Assembly (NCBI GenBank): GCA_964544905.1
Contig: CAZJEH010000001.1
Location: forward strand, 1 to 55,131
DNA length: 55,131 bases
DNA from: an uncultured Gemmatimonas sp.
GTDB taxonomy: Bacteria; Gemmatimonadota; Gemmatimonadetes; Longimicrobiales; Longimicrobiaceae
Reading direction: 5' to 3'
The notes beneath the pieces were generated by a model. That model made no database searches and had not been told where the DNA came from. It worked only from the letters and a program-made list of their open reading frames with translations. Positions 19,935 through 29,644 of the stretch are shown here, one piece after another; positions within the stretch are counted from its first letter, which is position 1, and every line of letters begins with the position of its first letter. Made by a program: the position numbers and the translations under genes.

Positions 19935-21587
19935 CTATTCCTCGCGCATGAACGGATAGGTGAAATCGCGAGCCGGCACGAACGTCTCCTTGATGACGCG
20001 CGGGCTCACCCACCGCATGAGGTTGAGGATGGACCCCGCCTTGTCGTTGGTTCCGCTCATCCGGGCGCCGCCGAACGGCTGCTGCCCGACGACCGCACCG
20101 GTCGGCTTGTCGTTGATGTACAGGTTCCCCGCCGCGTTCCTCAAGGCCTGGCTCGCGTGGCGGATCGCGCCGCGGTCGGTGGCGAAGACTGCACCGGTTA
20201 GCCCGTAGGGCGTGCCTTCGTCGATCAGGCGGAGGGTCTCCTCCCACCGCGCGTCCGGAAACACGTACACGGCGACCACCGGGCCGAACACCTCCTCGCA
20301 CAGCAGGCGATACCCGGGATCCTTCACCAGGACGAGCGTCGGGTCGATGAAGTACCCGACGGAATCGTCCGCCAGGCCGCCGGCGATGATCTCCGCAGAG
20401 TCGCTGGTCCGTGCATCCGCGATGTACCCGACGATCTTGTCGTACGAGACGCGGTCGATCACGGCTCCCATGAAGTTGCGGAAGTCCCTCACATCCCCGA
20501 CCCGGATCTGCTCCATCATCGCGAGCGTACGCTCTCTTACCTCCGGCCAGAGCGACTCGGGGATGAACACGCGTGACGCCGCGCTGCATTTCTGTCCCTG
20601 GTACTCGAATCCACCCCGCACGATCGCCACCGAGACCGCAACGGGATCCGCGCTGGGATGCGCGACGATGAAGTCCTTTCCTCCCGTCTCACCGACGATG
20701 CGCGGGTACGAGCGATAGCTGGACAGCCTGTTCCCGACCTCCTGCCAGATGCCCTGGAAGACGGCGGTGGATCCGGTGTAGTGGATGCCGGCGAGGTCCG
20801 AATGCTGGAGGAGTACACGGGTGATTTCGCGCGCGTCGCCGGTCACGAAGTTGATGACGCCCGGCGGCAGGCCCGCCTCCTCGAGCAGCTTCATGATGAA
20901 ATAGCCGCTCACCAGCGCCTTGTCGGAGGGTTTCCAGATCACCGTGTTGCCGAGCATCGCCGGGGCGGTCGGCAGATTCCCGGCGATCGCCGTGAAGTTG
21001 AAGGGCGTGATCGCGTAGACGAATCCTTCCAGCGGCCGGTAGTCGATGCGGTTCCACGTGCCTGGCGAGGATATCGGCTGCTCCTCATACATTCGCCGCA
21101 TGAAGTCGACGTTGAAACGCAGGAAGTCAATCAGCTCGCAGGCGCTGTCGATCTCTGCCTGGTGCGCGGTCTTGCTCTGGCCGAGCATGGTGGCGGCATT
21201 GAGCACCGGCCTCCAGCTCGTGGAGAGGAGATCCGCGGCCCGAAGGAAGACAGCCGCGCGATCCTCCCAGCTCCACGAGGCCCACTCTCGTCGGGCGCGC
21301 TCCGCCGCTTCGATCGCGGCGCGAACCTCGTCCTCGCCGGCCCGCTCCCAGGTGCCCAACACGTGCGCATGCGCGTGCGGCATGATCGCTTTGCCGGTGT
21401 CACCCGTGCGTACCTCCTTCCCCCCGATGATGAGCGGGATCTCCAACGTCTCTCCCGCCATCCGGTCAAGGGCATCCTGGAGAGCCGCCCGCTCCACGGT
21501 TCCCGGCGCGTAGTCGAGAACCCGTTCGTTGCGCGGGGAAGGAGCGTCCGCGATCCCCGCCATCGCCGCCGTTTCGAAGTTCGCCAT
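19935..21587 (-). CDS. pruA: L-glutamate gamma-semialdehyde (1-pyrroline-5-carboxylate) dehydrogenase
   Basis: Aldehyde dehydrogenase signatures ETGGKDF and FEYQGQKCSAASR (catalytic Cys), with overall PruA-type length. ATG 21587 (MANFETAAM...) is preferred over the upstream ATG 21644. Confidence 0.9.
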   Translation of the reverse strand: MANFETAAMAGIADAPSPRNERVLDYAPGTVERAALQDALDRMAGETLEIPLIIGGKEVRTGDTGKAIMPHAHAHVLGTWERAGEDEVRAAIEAAERARREWASWSWEDRAAVFLRAADLLSTSWRPVLNAATMLGQSKTAHQAEIDSACELIDFLRFNVDFMRRMYEEQPISSPGTWNRIDYRPLEGFVYAITPFNFTAIAGNLPTAPAMLGNTVIWKPSDKALVSGYFIMKLLEEAGLPPGVINFVTGDAREITRVLLQHSDLAGIHYTGSTAVFQGIWQEVGNRLSSYRSYPRIVGETGGKDFIVAHPSADPVAVSVAIVRGGFEYQGQKCSAASRVFIPESLWPEVRERTLAMMEQIRVGDVRDFRNFMGAVIDRVSYDKIVGYIADARTSDSAEIIAGGLADDSVGYFIDPTLVLVKDPGYRLLCEEVFGPVVAVYVFPDARWEETLRLIDEGTPYGLTGAVFATDRGAIRHASQALRNAAGNLYINDKPTGAVVGQQPFGGARMSGTNDKAGSILNLMRWVSPRVIKETFVPARDFTYPFMREE

Positions 21588-21722
21588 GTATGCCGAAACC
21601 GTATGCTGTTGACCGGAAGGAGCCGGGTCACCTGCAACGCACACATCGGACCCGGACGTATACTCGGGGGTAAACGCGAATACGACAACGCGTTCCGCCG
21701 CATGGCCCGGCGGTCGAGCGGG

Positions 21723-21751
21723 TTGACCCTCGTACCCCCGATCCGTACATT
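21723..21751 (+). promoter_or_regulatory. Sigma-70-like promoter candidate (TTGACC-17 nt-TACATT) for the NifU-like gene; implies a leaderless or near-leaderless mRNA
   Basis: -35 TTGACC at 21723-21728, 17-nt spacer, -10 TACATT at 21746-21751. The ATG lies at 21760, only 8 nt after the -10 element, with no Shine-Dalgarno sequence. Confidence 0.3.
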
Positions 21752-21759
21752 ACTCGATC

Positions 21760-22020
21760 ATGCAGACTTCGTCTTCCCTGGAGTTCGATGCGTCGATACC
21801 CCAGCGAATCCTGGGGGCGCTCGATTCGATCCGGCCGGCCCTTCAGATCGACGGCGGGGACGTCGAGTTCGTCGACTACGACCATCAGGGCGGCGTTGTG
21901 CAGATACGCCTGACTGGCGTCTGCGGCGGTTGCCCGATCTCCTCGGTGACGGTGAAGCACGGAATCGAGCGCCGCATCCGCGCCGCGGTTCCGGAAGTCA
22001 GGGAAGTGGCGGTCGTCTGA
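21760..22020 (+). CDS. NifU C-terminal-domain (Nfu-type) Fe-S cluster assembly protein
   Basis: IRPALQIDGGDVEFVD...IRLTGVCGGCPISSVTVKHGIERRI; CxxC motif typical of the Nfu/NifU C-terminal domain. Confidence 0.85.
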   Translation: MQTSSSLEFDASIPQRILGALDSIRPALQIDGGDVEFVDYDHQGGVVQIRLTGVCGGCPISSVTVKHGIERRIRAAVPEVREVAVV

Positions 22021-22141
22021 GACCGCGCCTGCATACCCCTGACTCGATGTGAAGGCGGGCGCGGCGCGAGAGCCGCTCGAACGGGTAAGCTGACCTCGAC
22101 CGGCGCTCCATCGGGAGCGTCGGTTTTTTCTTGGAGCAATC

Positions 22142-23254
22142 ATGGATCACGCGGGCGAGCAACTTCTCCGGCGCGTCGCTGCGGCTCTTACGGGCGTCAC
22201 CGATGCGCAGGGTAACGATGTCGTATCGACCGGCCGGGTGCGGGATCTGACCGTCGAGGGCGAAGGGCTCGTGCGTTTCCGGTTCGTCCTTCAGCCGAAC
22301 GACCCCGGGCCGCTCGTCCGGCGGGCGCGCGCGGCCGTCGAGGCGGTCGAGGGCGTGAGCAAGGTGAAGATCGACGTGAAGCTGCCGGCGGCGCAGCGGA
22401 CCGACCGCCCACAGGTGCCTCGGGGGCATCGCGGCCCGCTCGGTCCCGGCAACGTCCCGGCGCCGAAACCGAACCCGGACCTCCTCCGCGGGGTCGGCAG
22501 AATTCTCGCGGTCAGCTCGGGGAAGGGCGGGGTGGGGAAGAGCACGGTGGCGGTCAACATCGCCGCCGCCCTCGCGCGCGCGGGAAGCCGCGTCGGCCTC
22601 ATGGACGCTGACGTCTACGGACCCAACGTCCCCACGATGCTCGGCGAAAAGCGGCGTCCCCGCGTCACCGGGACCCGGGGCGCGGAAATGATCGAGCCGC
22701 TCGAGGCCTACGGGATCCGCATGATGAGCCTGGGCCTCCTGCTCGAGGACTCGCAGCCCGCGATCATGCGGGGACCGCTCATCTCCGGGATACTCAAGCA
22801 GTTCGTAGAGCAGGTCGACTGGGGAGAGCTCGACTACCTCATCGTCGACATGCCCCCCGGCACGGGCGACGCTCAATTGTCCCTCGTGCAGACGGTGCGG
22901 GTCGACGGTGTGGTCATGGTCACGACTCCGCAGGACGTGGCGACCGGAGACGTCCGGCGCGCGATCAAGATGTTCGAGCGCGTCGAAACCCGGGTGCTGG
23001 GGGTCGTCGAGAACATGAGTGGCTTTACCTGCCCCTGCTGCGGTACGGTGTACCAGCTTTTCGGCGAAGGCGGCGGGCAGGAGTTGTCGGCGGCGACGGG
23101 GGTCCCACTGCTCGGCCAGGTGCCGCTCGAGCTGAGGGTGCGCGAGGCAGGCGATCGCGGCACCCCCATCGTGCTGGATGCCCCCGAATCCGGCGCCGGC
23201 GTCGCCTTCGCCTCGATCGTGGAGCGGCTCGAGTCGGAGTTGAGGGCCGGTTGA
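22142..23254 (+). CDS. apbC: Mrp/NBP35 family Fe-S cluster carrier ATPase (ApbC)
   Basis: N-terminal DUF59-like region, deviant Walker A ILAVSSGKGGVGKSTVAVN, DMPPGTGD, and the CPCCG motif. Confidence 0.9.
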   Translation: MDHAGEQLLRRVAAALTGVTDAQGNDVVSTGRVRDLTVEGEGLVRFRFVLQPNDPGPLVRRARAAVEAVEGVSKVKIDVKLPAAQRTDRPQVPRGHRGPLGPGNVPAPKPNPDLLRGVGRILAVSSGKGGVGKSTVAVNIAAALARAGSRVGLMDADVYGPNVPTMLGEKRRPRVTGTRGAEMIEPLEAYGIRMMSLGLLLEDSQPAIMRGPLISGILKQFVEQVDWGELDYLIVDMPPGTGDAQLSLVQTVRVDGVVMVTTPQDVATGDVRRAIKMFERVETRVLGVVENMSGFTCPCCGTVYQLFGEGGGQELSAATGVPLLGQVPLELRVREAGDRGTPIVLDAPESGAGVAFASIVERLESELRAG

Positions 23255-23337
23255 TCGGCCTGGTCTCCCGCCGGTTTCGCACCCGGCGGGTCTGGAATGG
23301 CGGCACTCCTATTGATTTCCATCCAGGGAGGATTGCG

Positions 23338-24138
23338 ATGCGCACAGAGCGAGGAACCGGCAGTCGCAGGGCGCAGGTAGGCGGGTGGAGCGGGGTCAGG
23401 GGGGGCAGGGCGCTCGGTCCGGCGGCCGGGACCGTGCTTGCTCTGCTGATGGCAACGGGGATCTCCGCGGCCCAGGATGCTCCGCTGCCCCGCTACGAAG
23501 TCCGCCGCGCGACCGGTCCCATCACGATCGATGGCGTCATCGATGAGGCTGCCTGGTCCAACGCTTCAACCCCGGCTACCCTGCAGGGTCTCTGGACGAA
23601 CCAGACCGGCATCATGCAGGAAACGGCCGTGCGCCTCCTCTGGGACGACGAGAACCTCTACGTCTCCTACGATGTCGAGGACGTCGACATCACCGCGGTC
23701 TTCGAGAATCGCGACGATCCCACCTATCGCGACGACGCCGTCGAGATCTTCATCAACCCCATGCCGGACCAGGTCGCCATCTACGTCGGCCTCGAGATGA
23801 ACGCTCGCGGCGTTCTTTTCGACTACATCATGTACGATGCGGCTCGGACCATCAGACAGCTGGACCTGAAGGACGTCCGCATCGCCACCAACCTGCGTGG
23901 CACGCTCAACCAGCGGGATGACCAGGATCGCGGCTGGAGCCTGGAGGTGGCGATCCCTTGGTCGAACTTCGCGGACTGGGGGCCGCGTCCGAGGGTCGGA
24001 ACGGTATGGAGGGCGAACTTCAACCGGTGGGATGGGGTCCAGCCTGACCGGCGCATGAGCATCTGGTCGGATCCACAGAACGACCGCTCCTGGCCGCACG
24101 CGCCCGAGCGGTTCGGCGAGATCGTGTTCGTGGAGTAA
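23338..24138 (+). CDS. Secreted carbohydrate-binding family 9 (CBM9/DOMON-like) domain protein
   Basis: Signal-like region ALGPAAGTVLALLMATGISAAQD; ITIDGVIDEAAWSNA, LLWDDENLYVSYDVED, DDAVEIFINP, WSLEVAIPW. ATG 23338 is preceded by AGGGAGGA. Confidence 0.6.
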   Translation: MRTERGTGSRRAQVGGWSGVRGGRALGPAAGTVLALLMATGISAAQDAPLPRYEVRRATGPITIDGVIDEAAWSNASTPATLQGLWTNQTGIMQETAVRLLWDDENLYVSYDVEDVDITAVFENRDDPTYRDDAVEIFINPMPDQVAIYVGLEMNARGVLFDYIMYDAARTIRQLDLKDVRIATNLRGTLNQRDDQDRGWSLEVAIPWSNFADWGPRPRVGTVWRANFNRWDGVQPDRRMSIWSDPQNDRSWPHAPERFGEIVFVE

Positions 24139-24168
24139 CGCGTCGCGTTCTCTCACCGGAGCCAATCG

Positions 24169-24804
24169 ATGGACGCGGGTCGTGTTCTAGATCTGGTCGG
24201 TTCATCGCGGATAGTCGCCATCATGCGGGGCGACTACCGGGGTGCCGAGCTGGAGATCGTTGCGGCGCTGGCCGAGGCAGGAGTCGGCGCCGTAGAGATC
24301 ACGATGAACTCGCCCGGCGCGGTCGAGGCTATCGGTGCGATGTCGACGCGTTTCGGACGCGATGTTGCGATCGGTGCGGGTACGGTGATGAGCGCGGAGC
24401 AGGTCGACGTTGTGACGGAGGCTGGGGCATCCTTCATCGTCTCACCCAATCGCGACGTTCGGGTCATCGAGCGAACGAAGGCGAACGGGCTCCTCTCATT
24501 CCCTGGCTGCTTCACCCCGAGCGAGATCGTGGAGGCGCTTGCAGCCGGTGCGGATGCCGTGAAGCTGTTCCCCGCGCGGGTGATTCCGCCGGCACTCATT
24601 TCCGACCTCCGCGCCCCGCTCGGAGAGGTGAAGATGATCCCGACCGGGGCGATCGACCCCGGCCGAGCGAGGGAGTACTTGAATGCGGGGGCGTGGGCGC
24701 TCGGCGTCGGGGCGGCTCTCGTCGGTGGCGATGTCCTGGAACCGGGAGGACTCGAGCGGCTTGGAGAGCGCGCCTCCGCGTTCGTCGCCGCGGTGAGGGG
24801 TTGA
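24169..24804 (+). CDS. dgoA: KDPG/KHG-family aldolase, probably 2-dehydro-3-deoxy-6-phosphogalactonate aldolase given the dgoK neighbour
   Basis: IVAIMRG, VGAVEITMNSP, AIGAGTVMSAEQV, FIVSPN, FPGCFTPSEI, VKLFPA. Eda/DgoA family. Confidence 0.82.
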   Translation: MDAGRVLDLVGSSRIVAIMRGDYRGAELEIVAALAEAGVGAVEITMNSPGAVEAIGAMSTRFGRDVAIGAGTVMSAEQVDVVTEAGASFIVSPNRDVRVIERTKANGLLSFPGCFTPSEIVEALAAGADAVKLFPARVIPPALISDLRAPLGEVKMIPTGAIDPGRAREYLNAGAWALGVGAALVGGDVLEPGGLERLGERASAFVAAVRG

Positions 24805-24808
24805 TCGA

Positions 24809-25813
24809 TTGACCACCGAGGTACATCCGCCGGATTCGGGCTCCTCGGTTTTCATCGACGGGGGGACCACGAATACCCGCCTCTGGCTGATGGTGGGCGG
24901 GGAGTCGGTCGCCCGGCACGCGGTGGGGGCGGGGGTCCGCGACGTCGCGCGGGGGAACCGGAGCGGATTCCACGACGCTCTCCGGACCGGCCTCGACGAG
25001 GTTGTGCGGAAGGGGGAGCTCGCGGGCGCGCCTCCGCCGACGCGGATCGTGGCCGCCGGCATGATCGCCTCGGAGCTGGGCCTCGGCGAGGTCCCGCACA
25101 TCCAGGCACCCGCTGGGGTCACCGACATCGCCGCTGGAGTCCGGTCGGTCGCGGCTTCCGAGGTCACGGAGTTGCCGGTTTTTCTGGTGCCGGGTGTCCG
25201 GACCGGCGGTGACATCGACGATCCGCGGGATGTCGGCGCGGTCGATGTCATGAGGGGCGAGGAGACGCTCTGCCTGGGGCTGATGGAGCTCGGGATGCTT
25301 CCACCGGGCGGCGCCCTCTACAACCTCGGCTCCCACTGGAAGGTGGTCCGAACGGACAGCGATCGCCGCATCGTCTCCAGCAGGACCTCGCTCGCCGGGG
25401 AGCTCATCCACGCGATCCAGTCGGAGACGATCCTCGCCTCATCGGTGCCGCCCGACCGGCCATCGGAGCTGGATGAACAGTGGCTCGAGGCCGGCATGCA
25501 CGAGGCGGAGGTATCGGGACTACCGCGGGCTCTGTTCTGCGTACGGCTCCTCGACCAACGCTGTCCGGGCACACCAGAGCAACGCCTTGCCTTCCTGGTC
25601 GGCGCCATACTGGCGGCGGAGCTCGATCCACTTCTGCAAGGCGAAAACCTCACGCCTCGAACCCCGGTCGTGCTGGCCGGAGGCGGTGCGATCCCGGGGA
25701 CGGTGACGATGATCCTCGGCCGCCACGGAATCGCGGCGGCGGTGTTGACTCAGGATGAGCTGGAGCAGGCTATGATCGCCGGGATCCGGGCCATCACCAC
25801 CTTCCTGGACTGA
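24809..25813 (+). CDS. dgoK: 2-dehydro-3-deoxygalactonokinase
   Basis: N-terminal FIDGGTTNTRLWL (compare DWGTSNLR) and VDVMRGEETLCLG, both typical of the DgoK family as I remember it. Confidence 0.72.
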   Translation: MTTEVHPPDSGSSVFIDGGTTNTRLWLMVGGESVARHAVGAGVRDVARGNRSGFHDALRTGLDEVVRKGELAGAPPPTRIVAAGMIASELGLGEVPHIQAPAGVTDIAAGVRSVAASEVTELPVFLVPGVRTGGDIDDPRDVGAVDVMRGEETLCLGLMELGMLPPGGALYNLGSHWKVVRTDSDRRIVSSRTSLAGELIHAIQSETILASSVPPDRPSELDEQWLEAGMHEAEVSGLPRALFCVRLLDQRCPGTPEQRLAFLVGAILAAELDPLLQGENLTPRTPVVLAGGGAIPGTVTMILGRHGIAAAVLTQDELEQAMIAGIRAITTFLD

Positions 25814-25960
25814 CTGGGCGGTTGTCTCATTCGGGGCCACTCTCGCTGAACCGCCAAGTCGTCGGTCCCCGTCGAGCCATGGCCTCCAGGTCGGGCCTCG
25901 CGCGACCTGCCGGACGAACGTCCGGGATCTGCCGGATACCCCCCCGGAGAAGCGAACAGC

Positions 25961-26848
25961 CTAGTCGGGCAGGTCTTGCGTATCCAGGACGCCTTTCTCC
26001 GCCGCGATCCCGATGATCATCAGCTCGAGATCCCCGGTCCCGCTATTCCGGAAGGAGTGCGGCTCGCCCAGCAGAACCGGCACAGCGTCGCCGGCGCGGA
26101 TGAGCGCCGTTTCCGACCCCACTCGCACCTCGCCATCTCCCCTGATCACGTAGTAGACCTCCTCGACTCCGACGTGCCGGTGCAGACCCTCGGACGCGCC
26201 AGGGGGCAGCAGCAGGTGATCCACATACGCCCAGTTGGTCAGAAATACGGTCGGTTCGAGAGCCCTGCGGTACATCGCCGTGCCGGCGCCGCCACGATAG
26301 CCCTCCATCGAGCGTAGCCGCTCGCGCTCGAGCCGCATGGTCATGAAGACCGGGATCTCGTCCTTCTCGGCACCTACCCGCGGATCGTTCAGGTCGAACG
26401 AATCGTACTGACCTTTGACGGCGGAGACATTGATGTTCATGAACTCCACCGGTTCGGGCCCGGGATTGTAAATGGCGTGCGAGTGGCCCATCCGCACCGG
26501 TGCGCCTACCGTCCCGCGCAGCAGCGAGGTGCGACCATCGATGGTGAACTCCGCTTCCCCGTCGAAGATGACGAACATCTCCTCGGTAGCGTTATGGAAG
26601 TGGTGTCCGACGCCGCCCCCGTTCGGCGAGATCTGGCACCGGTGCAGGAAGTAGAGGTTGGTGGTGAGTGCGTTGCCGGGCAGAAGCGTCATGCAGTGCA
26701 TGTCGCCAACGCTCCCATGTGACCGGCTCGCCCGGTACTGGCTCGGGTCGGTGTGGCCGATGCGTGCTGCCAGCGGCTGTTGTTGGGCTGCAAGGGGCGC
26801 GGCGAAACAGAGCGCCAGTACGAGACTCGAAGTCGCGATTCGGTTCAT
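25961..26848 (-). CDS. Secreted bicupin protein
   Basis: Signal peptide [22 protein letters not shown]. Two cupin cores: [21 protein letters not shown]...MGHSHAIYN, and [20 protein letters not shown]...[10 protein letters not shown]. Confidence 0.75.
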   Translation of the reverse strand: MNRIATSSLVLALCFAAPLAAQQQPLAARIGHTDPSQYRASRSHGSVGDMHCMTLLPGNALTTNLYFLHRCQISPNGGGVGHHFHNATEEMFVIFDGEAEFTIDGRTSLLRGTVGAPVRMGHSHAIYNPGPEPVEFMNINVSAVKGQYDSFDLNDPRVGAEKDEIPVFMTMRLERERLRSMEGYRGGAGTAMYRRALEPTVFLTNWAYVDHLLLPPGASEGLHRHVGVEEVYYVIRGDGEVRVGSETALIRAGDAVPVLLGEPHSFRNSGTGDLELMIIGIAAEKGVLDTQDLPD

Positions 26849-27388
26849 GGTCGCGTGCGGCAGGTTGGCGGTTGGCTGAGGGAAGCAGGTTGGGTAGCCG
26901 ATCGTGTTGTCTGCCACAGTGCTGAAGGCCGGGGACCCGGGCGGCTACGCTGTCAGGCAACACGTTCATTCGGCACCAGGGCGGCTACGCGCGGCCCTGG
27001 ACACGACTTCGCGTTGGTTCTGTACTATTCCTCCCTCCGCCGTTTCCTCGCAATGGCTTCGTGCCGGCGCCGGTGTCCGTACCGGGCGCCTGCGGGTTGG
27101 ATCCTCTCGGTGCCTGGAACGGAGCGGAGCGTCGGGGCGTCCACCCCGGTGCTTCCGGCCCAGCCCCCCGAGTCCAACGTATCCAGCTTCAGCTCTGCAG
27201 CCGGTCGCTGCCAGCTCGTGATCGAGCTGGCCGACCGCATCGAGACTGAAAGTCGAGAATACGAAAGACCGGCGGGACTTCCCCGTGTCCACGCCGGTCA
27301 TTGGTGAGGTTGCTACCTATCGCGTCCGCGTGGCAGAAACCGCTCCGTCCGCGAAATAGGTCGAGCGCGTCGGGTGCGGGTCCGGATC

Positions 27389-27622
27389 TCAGCTATCCAG
27401 CCATCGCTGGTCGGCTGCGGAAATCCGACTACGGTTGCGGCTGCGGTCCACGAGCTTCAGCACGACCCAGCCGATCAGGAGGACAGGGGCCACCTTGAAG
27501 AGCAGGAACCCGACGATTCCGAACGTCAGCGACAGTATTGCGCCGAGGATCGTCAGGATGAGGCTGATCGCAAGGATGCCTACGAAGCCGGCGATGAGGA
27601 GCGTAATCAGGGTGCCGAGCAT
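27389..27622 (-). CDS. 77-aa hydrophobic membrane protein, last gene of the ECF sigma operon
   Basis: GGAGG lies 9 nt upstream of the ATG. Almost entirely TM sequence (LITLLIAGFVGILAISLILTILGAILSLTFGIVGFLLF, VLLIGWVVL) with a basic tail. Confidence 0.6.
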   Translation of the reverse strand: MLGTLITLLIAGFVGILAISLILTILGAILSLTFGIVGFLLFKVAPVLLIGWVVLKLVDRSRNRSRISAADQRWLDS

Positions 27623-27666
27623 TTGACGAACCTCCGTTTGTTACTGAGAACGGCGGTGGAGCGACA

Positions 27667-28512
27667 TCAGTCGATCCACACGACTTCGATGCTGCCGATC
27701 GCGGCGCTCACGTCCATGTCCAGCCGCGTCACCGCATCGTTCCAGCTGGTGCTGTAATACCCATCGTCTCGCCTCTCGAGCCCCGCGGCATCGAAGGAAG
27801 CGAGGAACGAGCGCCGGGCGAGGCGCACTCCGACGTCCCGCGGAATTCGTAGCCGCAGCGAGCCGATCCCCATCTCCACCTTCGCTTGCACGTTTCCCGC
27901 CCACTCGCCGCTGAAGTCGAGAACTGTCTCACCGAGACCTCCGCGGAAGGAGACCCGCTCCGCGCGGGCGTTGCCCAGTCCGGTCACCGTCAACTCGGCG
28001 GCGCCGGCTTCGATCTGGATCTCTCGCGCCTGGATGGGGTTCGGAGCGCCGAAGTTGACGGTGGTCCGGCTCGCGCCCGTCGACAGTTCCAGTCGCTCCA
28101 GGGCAATCCCCGAGAGGTCGATTTCGGCGTTACCGGCTCCGAACTCCAGGTCGAGTTCCAGCGGCACCTCTCGCGTGAGCTGGAGCTTTGCGGCCGACCC
28201 GTCGTCCCTTGGACGCGGGCGGTCGCGTGCCTCGATCCCGATGCGTAGGCGGCGTGCGTTTCGGTCGAACTCCACGACCGGCTCGAATTGATCGCCGTCG
28301 TAACGGAACTCCGCGCGGTAGAGATAGGGCGACTCTGCCGGCGCTATCTCGAGGGTCCCCGCACCGTAACGGACATCGACGTCCATCGGCTCGCTGTCCT
28401 GTACCTGCCGGGCCGACGTCATCGTCCGCCACGACTGAGCGTCGCCTTCCCTGGGCAGGAAGGGGGTGGCCAGCGCGGCCGCCAGCAGCATCAGGAAGCG
28501 ATGTTTACGCAT
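27667..28512 (-). CDS. Secreted toastrack-like (DUF2154/DUF4097, LiaF C-terminal-like) beta-repeat protein
   Basis: Signal peptide MRKHRFLMLLAAALATPFL. Repetitive beta-strand units (VDVRYGAGTLEIA, LDLEFGAGNAEIDL, IEAGAAELTV, VEMGIGSLRLRIP, VSAAIGSIEVVW). Assignment is by pattern, not by HMM. Confidence 0.6.
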   Translation of the reverse strand: MRKHRFLMLLAAALATPFLPREGDAQSWRTMTSARQVQDSEPMDVDVRYGAGTLEIAPAESPYLYRAEFRYDGDQFEPVVEFDRNARRLRIGIEARDRPRPRDDGSAAKLQLTREVPLELDLEFGAGNAEIDLSGIALERLELSTGASRTTVNFGAPNPIQAREIQIEAGAAELTVTGLGNARAERVSFRGGLGETVLDFSGEWAGNVQAKVEMGIGSLRLRIPRDVGVRLARRSFLASFDAAGLERRDDGYYSTSWNDAVTRLDMDVSAAIGSIEVVWID

Positions 28513-29644
28513 GGCCGGAGATTCCCAGGTCGTCGTCGATGAGGTCGTCGGCACCAAAGGTGGCCTCCGTCGGGGACGGTCCCGCGAAGGTTCGCCGTGT
28601 TCCGCCGCGTGAAAGGATCACCGCTCCGAATCCGACAGTCGTGGCCACCCAGACCGCGAGCCACGTAAGGGCCATCAACAGCATCCCGATGAACGAGAGG
28701 AACCCGGTCATCGAGATCATGTGGGCCGCGACCATCGGCAGGAACAGCATCCCCAGCCCGGTCAGCAGATAGGCGTACGAGTTCCGGTATCGGAAGTCGA
28801 GCCGGTCGCGGCTCTGCTCGGCCGTCTGCTCGCCCACGGCGTGCATTGCCGCGATCAGTCCGTACACACCCGCGGCGAAGATCACGACGGGATACAGCGG
28901 GACGGCAAGCAGCAGGAACGGGATCCCCACGATCGAGACGATCAACGCCACGATCAGGATGACGAAGGCCGGGATGGCGAAGATCTGCGCCGCGAGGCCC
29001 GTCACCCCCGCGCGGAGCGTGGAACTGCGCACGGTATCGCTCACGGTCTCGAGGTAGGGGCGCGCGTAGAACACCAGGACCGCGCCGATTCCGCCGAGCA
29101 CGAGGGCGAGCCCCAGTGTGGAGATGATCCCCGCGAACCCGCGTCGAACCGATCTGGGCAGGAAACCGGAGTCCGACGGACGCTGCACGACTTCGCGGGA
29201 CGAAGCGGCCACGGACGGGCGCTGCCCCTCCGCTGAAACCGACCTGCCGCCCTCGATAGCTCGCTGGATTTCCCGGGCAATGTCGATTCCCGGTCCACCG
29301 AGCGTGCGCATCTCGCCTCGGACCTGACCGCCCTGCAGGAACAGTTCACCGCCGGTGACGACGGCATCACCCTGGATCACTCCGGTCTCCTCGACGAAGA
29401 GATTCCCGCCCACGACGACCGCGTCTCCGGTCACTTCGCCCAGAACCCGTAGGTCTCCTCCCACCACGACGATCTCTTCGACGGTCTCGCCCGCTTCGAT
29501 CGTGTGGTTGCCCGTGTACACCGTCTCACCCTGGCGCTGGGCTGACCCGGCCGCCGACTGCGCGCTCGCGACCCTTCCCGATCCCGCGCACGCGATCAGG
29601 AACGTCAGAAGAAGGGCTGGTACTCGCATGTCACTGGTTCGCAT
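28505..29644 (-). CDS. Membrane protein with an N-terminal periplasmic bactofilin-like (polymer-forming cytoskeletal) repeat region and a C-terminal polytopic domain
   Basis: Signal peptide MRVPALLLTFLIACAG. Repeats VVVGGDLRVLGEVTGDAVVVGGNLFVEETGVIQGDAVVTGGELFLQGGQVRGEM. At least 5 TM segments follow. The alternative start ATG 29629 removes the overlap with the anti-sigma gene. Confidence 0.6.
   Translation of the reverse strand: MRTSDMRVPALLLTFLIACAGSGRVASAQSAAGSAQRQGETVYTGNHTIEAGETVEEIVVVGGDLRVLGEVTGDAVVVGGNLFVEETGVIQGDAVVTGGELFLQGGQVRGEMRTLGGPGIDIAREIQRAIEGGRSVSAEGQRPSVAASSREVVQRPSDSGFLPRSVRRGFAGIISTLGLALVLGGIGAVLVFYARPYLETVSDTVRSSTLRAGVTGLAAQIFAIPAFVILIVALIVSIVGIPFLLLAVPLYPVVIFAAGVYGLIAAMHAVGEQTAEQSRDRLDFRYRNSYAYLLTGLGMLFLPMVAAHMISMTGFLSFIGMLLMALTWLAVWVATTVGFGAVILSRGGTRRTFAGPSPTEATFGADDLIDDDLGISGHA

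Noticed and set aside
26990-27300. RNase P RNA-like strings on the minus strand of the 540-nt gap: GGGGAAGTCCCGCC (plus-strand 27271-27284) and ACAGAACC (27016-27023).
   Set aside because: The universally conserved AGGGUGAAAGGGUGCGGUAAGAGC region and the CCGGCUUA P4 3-prime strand are absent, and the span is too short. This is a chance resemblance.
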